From: Granulicella sp.
GTDB taxonomy: Bacteria > Acidobacteriota > Terriglobia > Terriglobales > Acidobacteriaceae
Reading direction: 5' to 3'
DNA length: 64,000 nt
Assembly (NCBI GenBank): GCA_027339965.1
Contig: DAHWNL010000016.1
Coordinates: 1 to 64,000 of the forward strand
Below the pieces are notes generated by a model, which saw only the letters and a program-made list of their open reading frames with translations, was not told where the DNA came from and did not search any database. Positions 37,094 through 46,950 of this stretch are shown piece after piece. Each line of letters opens with the position of its first letter. The stretch's first letter is position 1. Position numbers and translations under genes: made by a program.

Positions 37094-38188
37094 TCATGCA
37101 TGAGCGGAAACAAAGCGAAGCGTTGTCTGCTCGGCCCAGTATCCGTCGCTGCCTGTGGAGCGATCGGAGGGCTCCAGAAAAGCGCAGTGACCACCATGGC
37201 TGGTCAACAGAAACACGATCTTGGGATTGTCCGCTATGGCCCGGCGAGACTCCGGCAAAATACGGACAAAGGGATCATCCTGGGAGTGAATCAGCAGTGT
37301 CGGCACCGCGATGCGGTCCAGCACCCGCGCTGCTGCCGCCCGGTGGTAGTAGTCGTCAGCGGATTGGAATCCGCAGTACAGCGCAGTGATCCGCTCATCA
37401 AACTCCCGCAGCGAAGTCACATGGTCGGCGCGATGCGGGTCATAAGCTCGCGGAAACAGTTGCGCCTTGCGCCGAAAGCGACGCAGCAAATCGCGCACGA
37501 ACTTGCGCTCATAGATGCGGTTCCACGGCTCGTGCAGCGCATCGGCGGAGACCGCCAGATCCAGCGCGGGAGAGACCCCCACCACGGCGCGCAGTTGCGG
37601 AGGCGCGTTTCCGCCCAGATCTCCGGCCAGCTTGAGCACCAGGTTCCCCCCCATGGAGTAGCCGATCAGCGCCACCGACTGCAAGCCTTGGCGAGCCACA
37701 AAGTGCTGCATCACCCGCTCCACATCCTGGGACAAGCCGGAGTGATAAAGAGTCGGCGTCAGACGCAGCATCTGGTCACCCCGGCCCGGGCCGCAGTTGC
37801 GCATGTTCATGCGAATCACGTTCCAGCCGGCCCGCCACAGCTTGTTGGCATTGCCAATCACGTATTGCGAGCGCGACGAGCCTTCCAGGCCGTGCAGGAT
37901 GATGGCCGTTGGGCGGTCCGGCCGCTGCGGAAGCGCCTGCCAATGGCACTCGCAGAGCACCTGGCTGGCAATCTGCGAGCCATGCGCGGGAGAAACCTCC
38001 ACCATCTCCGCCACCGGCTCCGGAAGAACGTCGGTTCGAGGTAAAAAGTTGCCAAGGATGGTCTGCAGATGCCCGTTGCTCATCCAGCGCCGCGGCGAGA
38101 ATTGCGGAACCTCCGTGGGCCACTGGCCTTGAGCCGAAACCTCCTGATCCCGTTCCGCTCTTGTCTTGGCAACAGCGCCAGGACTCAT
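37094..38188 (-). CDS. YheT-family alpha/beta hydrolase
   Basis: NGHLQTI, LHGLEGS..S.Y, GYSMGG nucleophile elbow, DDPF, GGH. Confidence 0.9.
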   Translation of the reverse strand: MSPGAVAKTRAERDQEVSAQGQWPTEVPQFSPRRWMSNGHLQTILGNFLPRTDVLPEPVAEMVEVSPAHGSQIASQVLCECHWQALPQRPDRPTAIILHGLEGSSRSQYVIGNANKLWRAGWNVIRMNMRNCGPGRGDQMLRLTPTLYHSGLSQDVERVMQHFVARQGLQSVALIGYSMGGNLVLKLAGDLGGNAPPQLRAVVGVSPALDLAVSADALHEPWNRIYERKFVRDLLRRFRRKAQLFPRAYDPHRADHVTSLREFDERITALYCGFQSADDYYHRAAAARVLDRIAVPTLLIHSQDDPFVRILPESRRAIADNPKIVFLLTSHGGHCAFLEPSDRSTGSDGYWAEQTTLRFVSAHA

Positions 38189-38290
38189 GCGCCCCCTCCA
38201 CGCCCGAAAGATCTCGCCCCGGCGGGATCGAGAGATGTGGTGCAACGGTAGAGCACAGTCTTCGCAAAGGCGCTCACGCTCTGCTGTCCG

Positions 38291-39952
38291 CTACCGCGCA
38301 TGCTCTTCTCCGCCCTTCACCGTCAGCCAGTGGTGGAAACCATCGACGATGGCCATCAATGCGGCCTGATTGAGATCGCTGCTGACGCCGGCCGTGACCC
38401 ACGGTTCATGGCCGTCGGCGTTGAAGCTGGCCGTGACGCGCACATGCGCCGCCGAGTCATGCGCCTTGATGTCCAGGGCCGCAACCGTAAAGGTTCCCAG
38501 CCGCACCTCGGACAGTTCCGGATACCATTTGTCCAGTTCGCTTCGCAGCGCCTTGGTGATTGCGTCCACCGGACCCGCCCCCTCGCCGCGGGTTGTGGCC
38601 AGGCTGGACTCTCCGTTGCGATGCCCGATGCTGAGACTCATGAAAGCCTGGATGAAGCGGCCGCCAACCTCGTCCGACTCGTCGAAGACCCGCCAGCTTC
38701 TTACCGTGAACCAGTTACGCCAGCTTCCCAGCATCCGCATGCAGGCCAGGCGGAAGGAGACCTCGCTGGAGGTGTACCCACCTCCCTCCACCATCGCCTG
38801 GTTGGCATCCATCAGGGTTTGCGCCTGAGCCGAGGTGAGGGAGACCCCCAGCGACTCCGCAAGGAGCATGATGTTGGCCCGGCCCGACTGCGCATTCACC
38901 CCGATCACCGGGCTGGCGCCCACCTGCGCCGGATCACACCATAGGTAGGCGCCGGGATCTTTGCGTTCGCTGGATCCGTGCATGCCGGCCCAGGTGCCAA
39001 ACGCCCCCAGACCGACGATGGGAGATCCATGCGGCGTCTCCAGCCCAAAGGCGGCATAGGCGGCATGGGCCAAGCCGGTCAGCTCCGTCAACGCCTCGGA
39101 GGAGACAAATTCGGCCTCGCCGCGCAGTTGCATCGCCCCAACAACAGTGGTCAGGTTCACATTGCCACAGCGTTCCCCGGTGCCGACCAGCGTCCCTTGC
39201 ACATGCATGGCCCCGGCCTGAATCGCGGCCCGCGTGTTCGCTACTCCCAAGCCGCGGTCCGTGTGGCCGTGGAATCCAAACTTTGCCTGCGGAAACGCTC
39301 TGGTCAAATCGGTGAAGGCCTCCCAGACCTCCTCCGGGCTGGCCCCTCCGTTGGTATCGCAAACCACAATGCGGCTGACCTTTTGAGTGACACACTGCTG
39401 GGTCAAACGGTCAAAGTAATCGCGGCTCTTTTGCCGGAAGCCGGAGTCGCAGACACGCCCAAACTCTCGCCGCCCGCAGCGGGCGTCCATGGCGTGCTCC
39501 AGATCCACCAGCACCTCCAGCCCATGCGACTGCAAACAATCAATCGTCTCAAAGGCCATGCGCAGATTCTCCTCGGGCGTGGCCTCCAGCGATCGCTCCA
39601 CATCCAGCAGCCGGCTCTTCACAACAATCACTGCGGTTGGAATCAGATGCCGATGGCGCAGGATAAACTGAACGTCCGGCCAGTCTTCCACCCGGACACC
39701 GCGGCCGCGCGAACGACCGAAGAGCGCCAGCTTCATGGCCCCGGTCGTAGCGCCGGCCAGCGCGTCGGCCAACTCGGAGACAAACTGGTTGGCGCCGGCA
39801 AAACCGATCTCCGCATAATGCACGCCAAACCTGCCCATCCGCTCCAGCAGCCGCACCGCGTTGGGTGCGGAGATTTCCAGGTTCGGCTGTTGCAGACCAT
39901 CCCGCAGGCTGGTGTCAAACAACTCAACTTTTCGAAGACTGGCGTCCTGCAT
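38291..39952 (-). CDS. Citramalate synthase / 2-isopropylmalate synthase family (DRE-TIM) enzyme with LeuA-type regulatory domain
   Basis: DTSLRDGLQ, CDTNGG, HGHTDRGLG, GERCGN, GAGPVDA, YPEL; CimA-like overall. Confidence 0.82.
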   Translation of the reverse strand: MQDASLRKVELFDTSLRDGLQQPNLEISAPNAVRLLERMGRFGVHYAEIGFAGANQFVSELADALAGATTGAMKLALFGRSRGRGVRVEDWPDVQFILRHRHLIPTAVIVVKSRLLDVERSLEATPEENLRMAFETIDCLQSHGLEVLVDLEHAMDARCGRREFGRVCDSGFRQKSRDYFDRLTQQCVTQKVSRIVVCDTNGGASPEEVWEAFTDLTRAFPQAKFGFHGHTDRGLGVANTRAAIQAGAMHVQGTLVGTGERCGNVNLTTVVGAMQLRGEAEFVSSEALTELTGLAHAAYAAFGLETPHGSPIVGLGAFGTWAGMHGSSERKDPGAYLWCDPAQVGASPVIGVNAQSGRANIMLLAESLGVSLTSAQAQTLMDANQAMVEGGGYTSSEVSFRLACMRMLGSWRNWFTVRSWRVFDESDEVGGRFIQAFMSLSIGHRNGESSLATTRGEGAGPVDAITKALRSELDKWYPELSEVRLGTFTVAALDIKAHDSAAHVRVTASFNADGHEPWVTAGVSSDLNQAALMAIVDGFHHWLTVKGGEEHAR

Positions 39953-40188
39953 CTCTTTACTCTGGCTCCGCGATCTTGCCGGGGAGCCGGCATGGGGCGT
40001 GCCTCTATTTAATCATGCGTCGGATGGATCCCCACGACCCGTCCAGCGTCCAGCGGCTACTCAGCCAGCCGGGCAGAACGAACCGGCCAGAGACTCTACT
40101 TGCCCCGGTGGACGTGAAAGCAGAACCAAACCATAACGGATGAGGAGAAAGCCGTCTCCCTTTGGAGGCGCTGTTCCTATGAAAGTTG

Positions 40189-40236
40189 CCGGCCCCAGAA
40201 CCGGCCCCAGAACCTGTCCCAGAACCTGTCCCAGAT
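40189..40236. repeat. Intergenic 12-nt tandem repeat x4
   Basis: ccggccccagaa ccggccccagaa cctgtcccagaa cctgtcccagat. Confidence 0.85.
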
Positions 40237-40334
40237 TGGCATCTACGGCACGGCGGCCACGGCGGAGCCCGCCCTACCGGCTCCTCACCGCTCGCCGGTG
40301 GCTCCCTGCTTCGGCCCGTCTATGGAACAAGCTC

Positions 40335-41810
40335 TCAGCCGGGTTCTCCGCTCCGCAGCCTGGTGACGATCTTCGTGGTGGAAGATCCCTCGACCAAAGG
40401 CACAATCTCCACCCGCCCCCCGGCTGCGATCACCTCCTCGCGCCCCACCACGGTCGCTGGGGAATAATCGCCGCCCTTTACCAGAACATCCGGCTTCAGC
40501 GCGCGGATGAGTTCCAGCGGGGTATCCTCCTCAAAGATCACCACCGCATCCACGGCGGCCAGCGCCGCCATCACCCGCGCTCGCTCCCGCTCGCCGACCA
40601 CCGGCCGCGAGGTTCCCTTGAGCCGGCGCACGCTGGCATCGGAGTTCAGCCCCAGCACCAGCTTGCTCCCAAAGTGGTGACACTGCTCCAGCAGGGTGAC
40701 GTGGCCCACATGCAGCAGGTCAAAGCATCCGTTGGTAAACACGATCGTCTCACCGGCCGCCCGCCATTCGGCCACACGCCGGGCCAGACGTTCCTGAGAC
40801 AGGACCTTCTCGCCACTGCCGACACCGCTGGACGGAGTCAGCTCGGCGATCAGCTCGTGCTGTGCAATGGGTACCGTTCCCCTCTTGCCGACCACGATCC
40901 CCGCGGCCAGATTCGCCAGCTCCACCGCGGTCTCAATCTGCAAGCCGCCCCCCAGCCCGGCGGCGAGGGTAGCAATCACCGTGTCGCCTGCGCCGGAGAC
41001 GTCATACACCTCCCGGGCGCGCGCCGGCGAGTGGAATCCGCCACCCTTCCAGAGGACCCGGATTCCATCCTCGCTCATGGTCACAGCCAGATACTTCAAA
41101 GCATGCTTCTCGCGCTGCGCCTCTCCTGCCTCCAGCAACGCCGCGGGCAGATCGGCCGCCACGCCCGTTGCGGCTGAAAGTTCTTGCAAATTCGGGCAGA
41201 TCATCGTCGCTGAGGCGTACTTGCCAAAGTCTCTGGTCTTGGGATCGGCCAGCACGGGAACCCCGGCGGCGTTGGCGGCGGCGATCAGGCGCGCACAGAG
41301 TTCCGCTGCCAGCGCTCCCTTGGCGTAGTCGGAGAGCACTACAGCCTGCACCCGGCTGACCATGGGCTCTGCGCGCTCCAGCAGGCGCTGTTGCTCCTGG
41401 GCTGAGGGACCCTGCCGGCTCTCTACATCCAAACGCAACAACTGCTGCTGGCGTCCCACAATCCTGGTCTTGGAGGTGGTTGGCTGGCCGGTGACCACCA
41501 CGGCGGAGGTGTCAATCCGCGCCGCGGAGAGCAGCGCCGCAAGCTCGGCCTTGTCCTTGTCCTCGCCCCAATAGCCCGCCAGCAAAGCCTTGCATCCCAG
41601 CCCTGCCAGGTTCATGGCTACATTGGCCGCGCCGCCCGCCCGCTCATAGTGCTGGGCATGGCGCAGCACCGGCACCGGCGCCTCGGGCGAAACTCTGTCC
41701 ACCTCACCCAGAATGTAGCGGTCGAGCATCAGATCGCCAACCACCAGCACCGACAGCCGCCCAAAACCACCCTCGAGCAACTCTAGAACAGCATCCGTCT
41801 CCCGCAGCAT
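40335..41810 (-). CDS. hldE: Bifunctional heptose 7-phosphate kinase / heptose 1-phosphate adenylyltransferase
   Basis: GDLMLDRY, RVSPEAPVPV, SDYAKG, DVSGAGDT, FTNGCFDLLHVGH, LVKGGDY. Confidence 0.95.
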   Translation of the reverse strand: MLRETDAVLELLEGGFGRLSVLVVGDLMLDRYILGEVDRVSPEAPVPVLRHAQHYERAGGAANVAMNLAGLGCKALLAGYWGEDKDKAELAALLSAARIDTSAVVVTGQPTTSKTRIVGRQQQLLRLDVESRQGPSAQEQQRLLERAEPMVSRVQAVVLSDYAKGALAAELCARLIAAANAAGVPVLADPKTRDFGKYASATMICPNLQELSAATGVAADLPAALLEAGEAQREKHALKYLAVTMSEDGIRVLWKGGGFHSPARAREVYDVSGAGDTVIATLAAGLGGGLQIETAVELANLAAGIVVGKRGTVPIAQHELIAELTPSSGVGSGEKVLSQERLARRVAEWRAAGETIVFTNGCFDLLHVGHVTLLEQCHHFGSKLVLGLNSDASVRRLKGTSRPVVGERERARVMAALAAVDAVVIFEEDTPLELIRALKPDVLVKGGDYSPATVVGREEVIAAGGRVEIVPLVEGSSTTKIVTRLRSGEPG

Positions 41811-41846
41811 CTTGATCTCCACCCTGGAGGTTTGTCCCTGGCTCCA

Positions 41847-42980
41847 TCATCGCACTGGCGGCTGAAGCAGAGCGGCCCGCACCTCAGCCATCACCTCTTC
41901 GACGGTGATCGACATCAGGCATTTTTTCTCCTTTTCAATGCAGGTCTCCAGACCGCACCCCCAGCACTCCACCCGGTGGTAGATCACGCGATGCTGAGAA
42001 CCGTAAGGAAACCACTGCCGGGGGATATTGCGCGCCGAGAAGAGCGCCACCACCGGGGTGCCCACAGCGGCCGCCAGGTGCATAGGACCGCTGTCGTGCC
42101 CCACAAACAGCCTGGCCTGAGCGATGGCCGCCGCGCTCTGGCGCGGCGTCAGGCGGCCACAGAGGTCCAGCACCGGCCCTCCACCATTTTCACTCCACGC
42201 CTGGGCGGCCGAGCGGCTGGCCTCACTCTCCTCCGCGGCCCCGATCAACAACAGGCCGCGCTGCGGAAACTCCGCCGCCAGGCTCCCCAACAGCGCCTTC
42301 CAGTTGTCTCGGCCCCAATCTTTGGCCTGCACCTTGGTGCCGACGCTCACAGCGATCCTCTCGCCCTGCCACCCCTCCGCTTCCAGTATCTCGTCCACAA
42401 CCTGCTGCTCGGCTGCGCTGAGATGGAGATTCCAACTCCTGGGATCGCGCAACCGTCCCGGGTCTGCGATATCGGCGACTGCGGCCAGTTCGCCGATGCA
42501 GCGCGCCAGCCTGGCAGCCTCCGGCTCTAGATTGCCGCTGCCCATGGCGCGATCCCTACCGCCGGTTGCGGCACCGTAGAAGTTTCGCTGCATCCCCTCC
42601 GTCAGCGGGACGCCAACGAGCCGGCGCACGCCACAAAGGCGAAAGAAGAGTTCATCGCGCCGAGCCACCTTCACGCCGCGAGCAGCGGCCAGATAGACCA
42701 ACGCCTGCGGCCTCCAACGCGCGATGCTCCACCACAGGCGGAGCAGCTCGGGCAGGCTTCGAGTTCCTACCGCGTACCAAATATAGCTTTGCACCAGCCC
42801 GGAACCCCGCAGCACCTCCGCTGCTGCCGGCGCCTTGGAGTTTATGGGCAGGTTGGTCAGCATCCGGCGCTCCGCTTCAGGAAAGGCCCGCGCGACCAGA
42901 TGGAGCGCGGGCAACGCCACCACCATATCGCCCAGGCTGCCCAGCCGATAGATCAACACCCTTCGCGCCGTCTTCGCCAT
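41847..42980 (-). CDS. Glycosyltransferase family 9 (heptosyltransferase-like)
   Basis: GSLGDMVVALP, K.W, GHDSGPMHLAAAVGTP; adjacent to hldE. Confidence 0.9.
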   Translation of the reverse strand: MAKTARRVLIYRLGSLGDMVVALPALHLVARAFPEAERRMLTNLPINSKAPAAAEVLRGSGLVQSYIWYAVGTRSLPELLRLWWSIARWRPQALVYLAAARGVKVARRDELFFRLCGVRRLVGVPLTEGMQRNFYGAATGGRDRAMGSGNLEPEAARLARCIGELAAVADIADPGRLRDPRSWNLHLSAAEQQVVDEILEAEGWQGERIAVSVGTKVQAKDWGRDNWKALLGSLAAEFPQRGLLLIGAAEESEASRSAAQAWSENGGGPVLDLCGRLTPRQSAAAIAQARLFVGHDSGPMHLAAAVGTPVVALFSARNIPRQWFPYGSQHRVIYHRVECWGCGLETCIEKEKKCLMSITVEEVMAEVRAALLQPPVR

Positions 42981-43309
42981 TCTCTTCAGTGTCGCATCGG
43001 CGTCTGAATCTCACCAAGCCCCTGCGAGCCGCCATGCCCTGCTTAGCCACTCGAAGCGCCATCAGCACCGGTATATTTCCACCGGCCGGACTCGCATCCA
43101 CGGATTCGCATCCACGGATCCAGGCCCCACGGGACCGCATCTCCCAGCCGAGTCCCCCGGCCACGCGAGAACTGGCGCAGCGTGGCTCCCTTCCCTGCCT
43201 GGCTTCCAAGCTCTCCCAGTCTCCCTGGCCGGGGCAGCTCCGCCCCTTGGCCTCGAAGCAGGACCTATCGCTTGTGGCGCGCCTCCATTATCCTTGCAAT
43301 CACCAAGCC

Positions 43310-43891
43310 ATGCTGGACGCCGCGCACATCACCGCCCTGCAAGACCGGTTCACGGCCCACGGACACGATCCCTCGCTGCCCGCCGCTCCGGCCCGCAGCA
43401 GCTTTGACCAACTTGTTCTAGACCAGCACCAGGCGAACTTTGACCTCTGGCACTGTGAAGATCAGGCCCGCGATCCCCTCGCCTCCGATCACAGCATCGT
43501 TCTGGTCAAACAGCAGATTGATCGCCTCAACCAGACGCGGAACGACCTGGCCGAGCAGCTCGATCTGGCTCTGCTGGCCCTGGCGGACCAGAACCAGGCA
43601 TCTCCTCTGCACTCCGAGTCCCCCGGATTGATCATCGACCGGCTCTCCATCCTGGCGCTCAAGATCTACCACACTCGTGAGCAGTTGGACCGCTCCACCC
43701 CAGAGCACCGGATGCGCAACCAGGCCCGCCTTATGGTGCTGCATGAACAGCGAACCGACCTTGCAGGCTGCCTGGACGATCTATGGGCGGATGTCCTCGC
43801 CGGCCGCCGCCGATTCAAGCTCTACCGTCAGCTCAAGATGTACAACGACCCAACGCTCAATCCAGTGCTCTATACCCGCTCTCCAAAGTGA
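43310..43891 (+). CDS. DUF4254-type protein
   Basis: LWHCEDQAR, KQQIDRLNQTRND, ESPG..IDRLSILALKIYH, YRQLKMYND; start at ATG 43310. Confidence 0.8.
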   Translation: MLDAAHITALQDRFTAHGHDPSLPAAPARSSFDQLVLDQHQANFDLWHCEDQARDPLASDHSIVLVKQQIDRLNQTRNDLAEQLDLALLALADQNQASPLHSESPGLIIDRLSILALKIYHTREQLDRSTPEHRMRNQARLMVLHEQRTDLAGCLDDLWADVLAGRRRFKLYRQLKMYNDPTLNPVLYTRSPK

Positions 43892-43930
43892 GCGGTTCCC
43901 GTCCAAATCCCTTATCCGTTACACTCTCAT

Positions 43931-43990
43931 TTGACCGGCGTCATCCAACCCTCGTATAAAGCCATTGCATACTGAACTCATCCAACCCTC
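43931..43990 (+). promoter_or_regulatory. Putative promoter TTGACC-N18-TATAAA with 13-nt direct repeat TCATCCAACCCTC (43941-43953, 43978-43990)
   Basis: Read directly. Confidence 0.5.
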
Positions 43991-44015
43991 AGCTCACCGT
44001 TTTCCCGAGAACACC

Positions 44016-44603
44016 ATGGCAACCAAGCAGGCTTCTTCAACCCAAGACAACAGCGCCGCGAAAGCACCCAGGGCTTCGCGGGGCTCGCGAACCCTGGCCG
44101 GCCATCCGCAGCACGCCGTTGATCCCAACCGAAAGTCCACACTCGCTCTTTACGAGAGCGCGCTCAAGCTCATGCAGACCGGAAAGTATGAGAAGGCTCA
44201 CGATGCCTTCACCCGGATGCTGGAGTCCGCTCCACAGGATCTGGCCGACCGCATTCGCATGTACATCTCCGCCTGCGTAACCCAGATCGAAAAGAGCTCC
44301 ACCAACTTCCAGAATCACGGAGAGCGTTACGACTACGCCGTCTCCCTGCTGAACCAGGGCAACTATGAGGATGCCCGGGAGCACCTCCAGCAGATTCTCC
44401 TCGAGGAGCAGTCGGCCGACTATGCATTCTATGGCCTGGCGCTTCTGGCCAGCCTCACCGGCGATGCCGACTCCTGCGTTGAGCACCTGGCCGAGGCGAT
44501 TCGGCTGAATGGACAGAACCGTCTCCAAGCGCGCCTGGACTCGGACTTCGACGGCGTAGCCGACGACCCTCGATTTACCGAACTGCTCTATCCAGAGGTC
44601 TGA
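44016..44603 (+). CDS. TPR-repeat protein
   Basis: TPR helices; C-terminal HLAEAIRLN..NR.QA..DSDF..DPRF motif. Confidence 0.8.
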   Translation: MATKQASSTQDNSAAKAPRASRGSRTLAGHPQHAVDPNRKSTLALYESALKLMQTGKYEKAHDAFTRMLESAPQDLADRIRMYISACVTQIEKSSTNFQNHGERYDYAVSLLNQGNYEDAREHLQQILLEEQSADYAFYGLALLASLTGDADSCVEHLAEAIRLNGQNRLQARLDSDFDGVADDPRFTELLYPEV

Positions 44604-44833
44604 GGCCGCTTCCGCGCCAACCGCTCCAACCGTCCCCACAGCCCCGAGGAAAAGCCTCCGGGTCCCCGTTGGAGCGGAAACCAGCAATCGAACCACCGGG
44701 GCGGTCCCGCCCCCCATCTCACCACCCGTGTGGGATCTCCCCGTTTTGATTCAACTTCTTCCCTCCGGCTGTTATGCACAAAAATGCGGGAAACATCTTT
44801 CCTGTCTTCTGCGTCCGAATACACTGTTAGCGA

Positions 44834-45862
44834 ATGCGCAACTCTCGCCAGCTTCGAGTCGTGGCCATCGGCGGCGGAACAGGCTTGTCTACACTGCTGC
44901 GTGGACTCAAGTTTTACGTGGCGCCGGCTCCCGGCACGCCGCAACTTGCCTCTTCCGGGCCAGAAGCCAAGCCGCCCCTCATCGATGAGCTGGCCGCCAT
45001 CGTCACGGTCACCGACGATGGCGGCTCCTCCGGGCGTCTGCGCGAGGAGCTCAACATGCTTCCTCCCGGAGACATTCGCAACTGCCTAGTCGCTCTCTCC
45101 CCGGATGAAGCCTTGATTTCCCGGCTCTTCCAGTATCGATTTGCCAATGGCGACCTGCAGGGACACAGCTTCGGCAACCTCTTCCTCGCCGCCTTGACCG
45201 GCATCACCGGGGACTTTGGCCAGGCCGTTCAGACCAGTTCGCAGATTCTGGCCAGCCGGGGCCGCATCTACCCCTGCACCATGGCCAACGCGACCATCTC
45301 CGCGCGCATGGATGACGGCTCCACCGTCCATGGCGAGACGAATATTACTGCCTCCCAACGCTCCATTACGGAGCTCATGCTCTCTCCCACAGATGCTCAA
45401 GCTCTCCCGGAGGCGCTGGATGCCATCGCCTCCGCCGACCTGATCACCATCGGCCCCGGTTCGCTCTACACCTCCCTGATCACCAACCTTCTGGTCCGCG
45501 ACGTGCCTCAAGCCATTGCCCGTAGCCGCGCTACGCGAGTCTTCATCTGCAACCTGATGACCCAGGCTAATGAGAGCCTTGGACTCACCGCCTCCCAGCA
45601 CATCGAGAAGATCCTGGACCACGCAGGCAGCCAGATCTTCGACTATGCTCTGATCAACACCGGTCAGGTGGACGCCAAAACGCTGGACCACTACGCTCGC
45701 TCCGGCCAGTCTCCCATTGAAGCCGACCTGAACAGAGTTCGTGCTCTCGGTGTTACACCGATCACCGGAAACTTCCTTCATCCGGGTGAGGTTCTGCGCC
45801 ATTGTCATGAAGTTGTTGCGGAAACCGTCTTGCAACTGGCCCTGGAGACCTCCACCGTATAA
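44834..45862 (+). CDS. yvcK: YvcK/UPF0052 gluconeogenesis factor (UDP-GlcNAc-binding)
   Basis: IGGGTGLS, VTDDGGSSGRLR, PPGDIRN, GHSFGNL, GPGSLYTS. Confidence 0.92.
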   Translation: MRNSRQLRVVAIGGGTGLSTLLRGLKFYVAPAPGTPQLASSGPEAKPPLIDELAAIVTVTDDGGSSGRLREELNMLPPGDIRNCLVALSPDEALISRLFQYRFANGDLQGHSFGNLFLAALTGITGDFGQAVQTSSQILASRGRIYPCTMANATISARMDDGSTVHGETNITASQRSITELMLSPTDAQALPEALDAIASADLITIGPGSLYTSLITNLLVRDVPQAIARSRATRVFICNLMTQANESLGLTASQHIEKILDHAGSQIFDYALINTGQVDAKTLDHYARSGQSPIEADLNRVRALGVTPITGNFLHPGEVLRHCHEVVAETVLQLALETSTV

Positions 45863-45918
45863 GATCCCTGCAGTTGTTCTGAACACGACCCTCCTCTGTT
45901 CATTTCCAGAGAAGCACC

Positions 45919-46731
45919 ATGCCCAGCCCCGTCTCTTCTCCGCTCGCTACGTTCGGCCGCGTCCTCTATGCCCTGTCCCTACTGGGCTTCGGCCTGCAAT
46001 ACGCCATCTACGGCCAGCTCCGGGGCAGTCTTCCGCTGTGCCCGGCGGGGCTGCCGCACCATCACGTCCTAGCCTACGCCCTGGCTGCCGTGCTCATCAG
46101 CTCCAGCCTTTTGCTGCTCTTCTCCTGGCGCACCCTCACCGTCAGCCTGCTTCTTGCTCTTCTGCTGCTGGCTTGCTCGGCGCTCCGTCTGTGGCCGCTA
46201 CACGGCAACCTTAACGACGCCCTGCTCTCTACCTTCAAGGACGCCAACGCCCGCACGCTCTTCCTGCAGTGCCTCTGCTTTGCCGCTGCGGCTATCATCC
46301 TGCATGGCCTTGCCGCAGGGGCCAAAGGCAACTACACCCTGATGCCCGGTCGCATCCTCTTCGCCTTCGCCATGGTCCTCTTCGGATTGCAACACTTTCT
46401 GGACGTGCGCTACCTGGCCACACTGGTTCCACACTGGATTCACGGCCACCATCTCTGGGTGATCGTTACCGGCTTCGCGCTGATCGCCTGCGGGCTCGCC
46501 ATCGCCACCACGATTGAAGACACGTACGCCTCCTACGCTCTCTTCCTGCTCTTTGCAGGATGGCTCGTCCTGCTCCACGCGCCACGCATCCTGCAACATC
46601 CGCGCAGCGGATGGGAGTGGTCCAGCGGCCTGGTGACCCTCGGCCTCAGCGGCGCCTCTTTGCTGCTGGCTGCCGCCTCCGGCGGTGGCGGCAAGCCGGC
46701 CAGGCGGAAAGAACGCCCATGGCGGCCGTAA
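45919..46731 (+). CDS. Multi-pass membrane protein (DoxX-like, two internal repeats)
   Basis: Two GR.L(F/Y)A....FG.Q repeats; about 8 hydrophobic segments. Confidence 0.7.
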   Translation: MPSPVSSPLATFGRVLYALSLLGFGLQYAIYGQLRGSLPLCPAGLPHHHVLAYALAAVLISSSLLLLFSWRTLTVSLLLALLLLACSALRLWPLHGNLNDALLSTFKDANARTLFLQCLCFAAAAIILHGLAAGAKGNYTLMPGRILFAFAMVLFGLQHFLDVRYLATLVPHWIHGHHLWVIVTGFALIACGLAIATTIEDTYASYALFLLFAGWLVLLHAPRILQHPRSGWEWSSGLVTLGLSGASLLLAAASGGGGKPARRKERPWRP

Positions 46732-46950
46732 AACGTTTTCAGTGCAGGTGTAACGCGACGCCTCGATCTCCATGGGCGTTTTCCCCAATGAAAACGCCAC
46801 TGCACGCCCTCTCCGGTGTACCCATCAACACTGAAAATGCTATAGCACTCTGCCCGCGGCGGCGCACAGGAGGCCTTGGCCCGCGCACAGGCTGCGCCCA
46901 TGCAGGACGCCCCTCGAAGACCGGCTCAGGAACATCGATTCAAGGAACTC

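Noticed and set aside
40189..40236. CRISPR array
   Set aside because: Contiguous 12-nt units with no spacers and no cas genes
39953..40334. Leu/Ile attenuator upstream of the cimA-like gene
   Set aside because: No Leu/Ile/Val-rich leader peptide or terminator/antiterminator pair found
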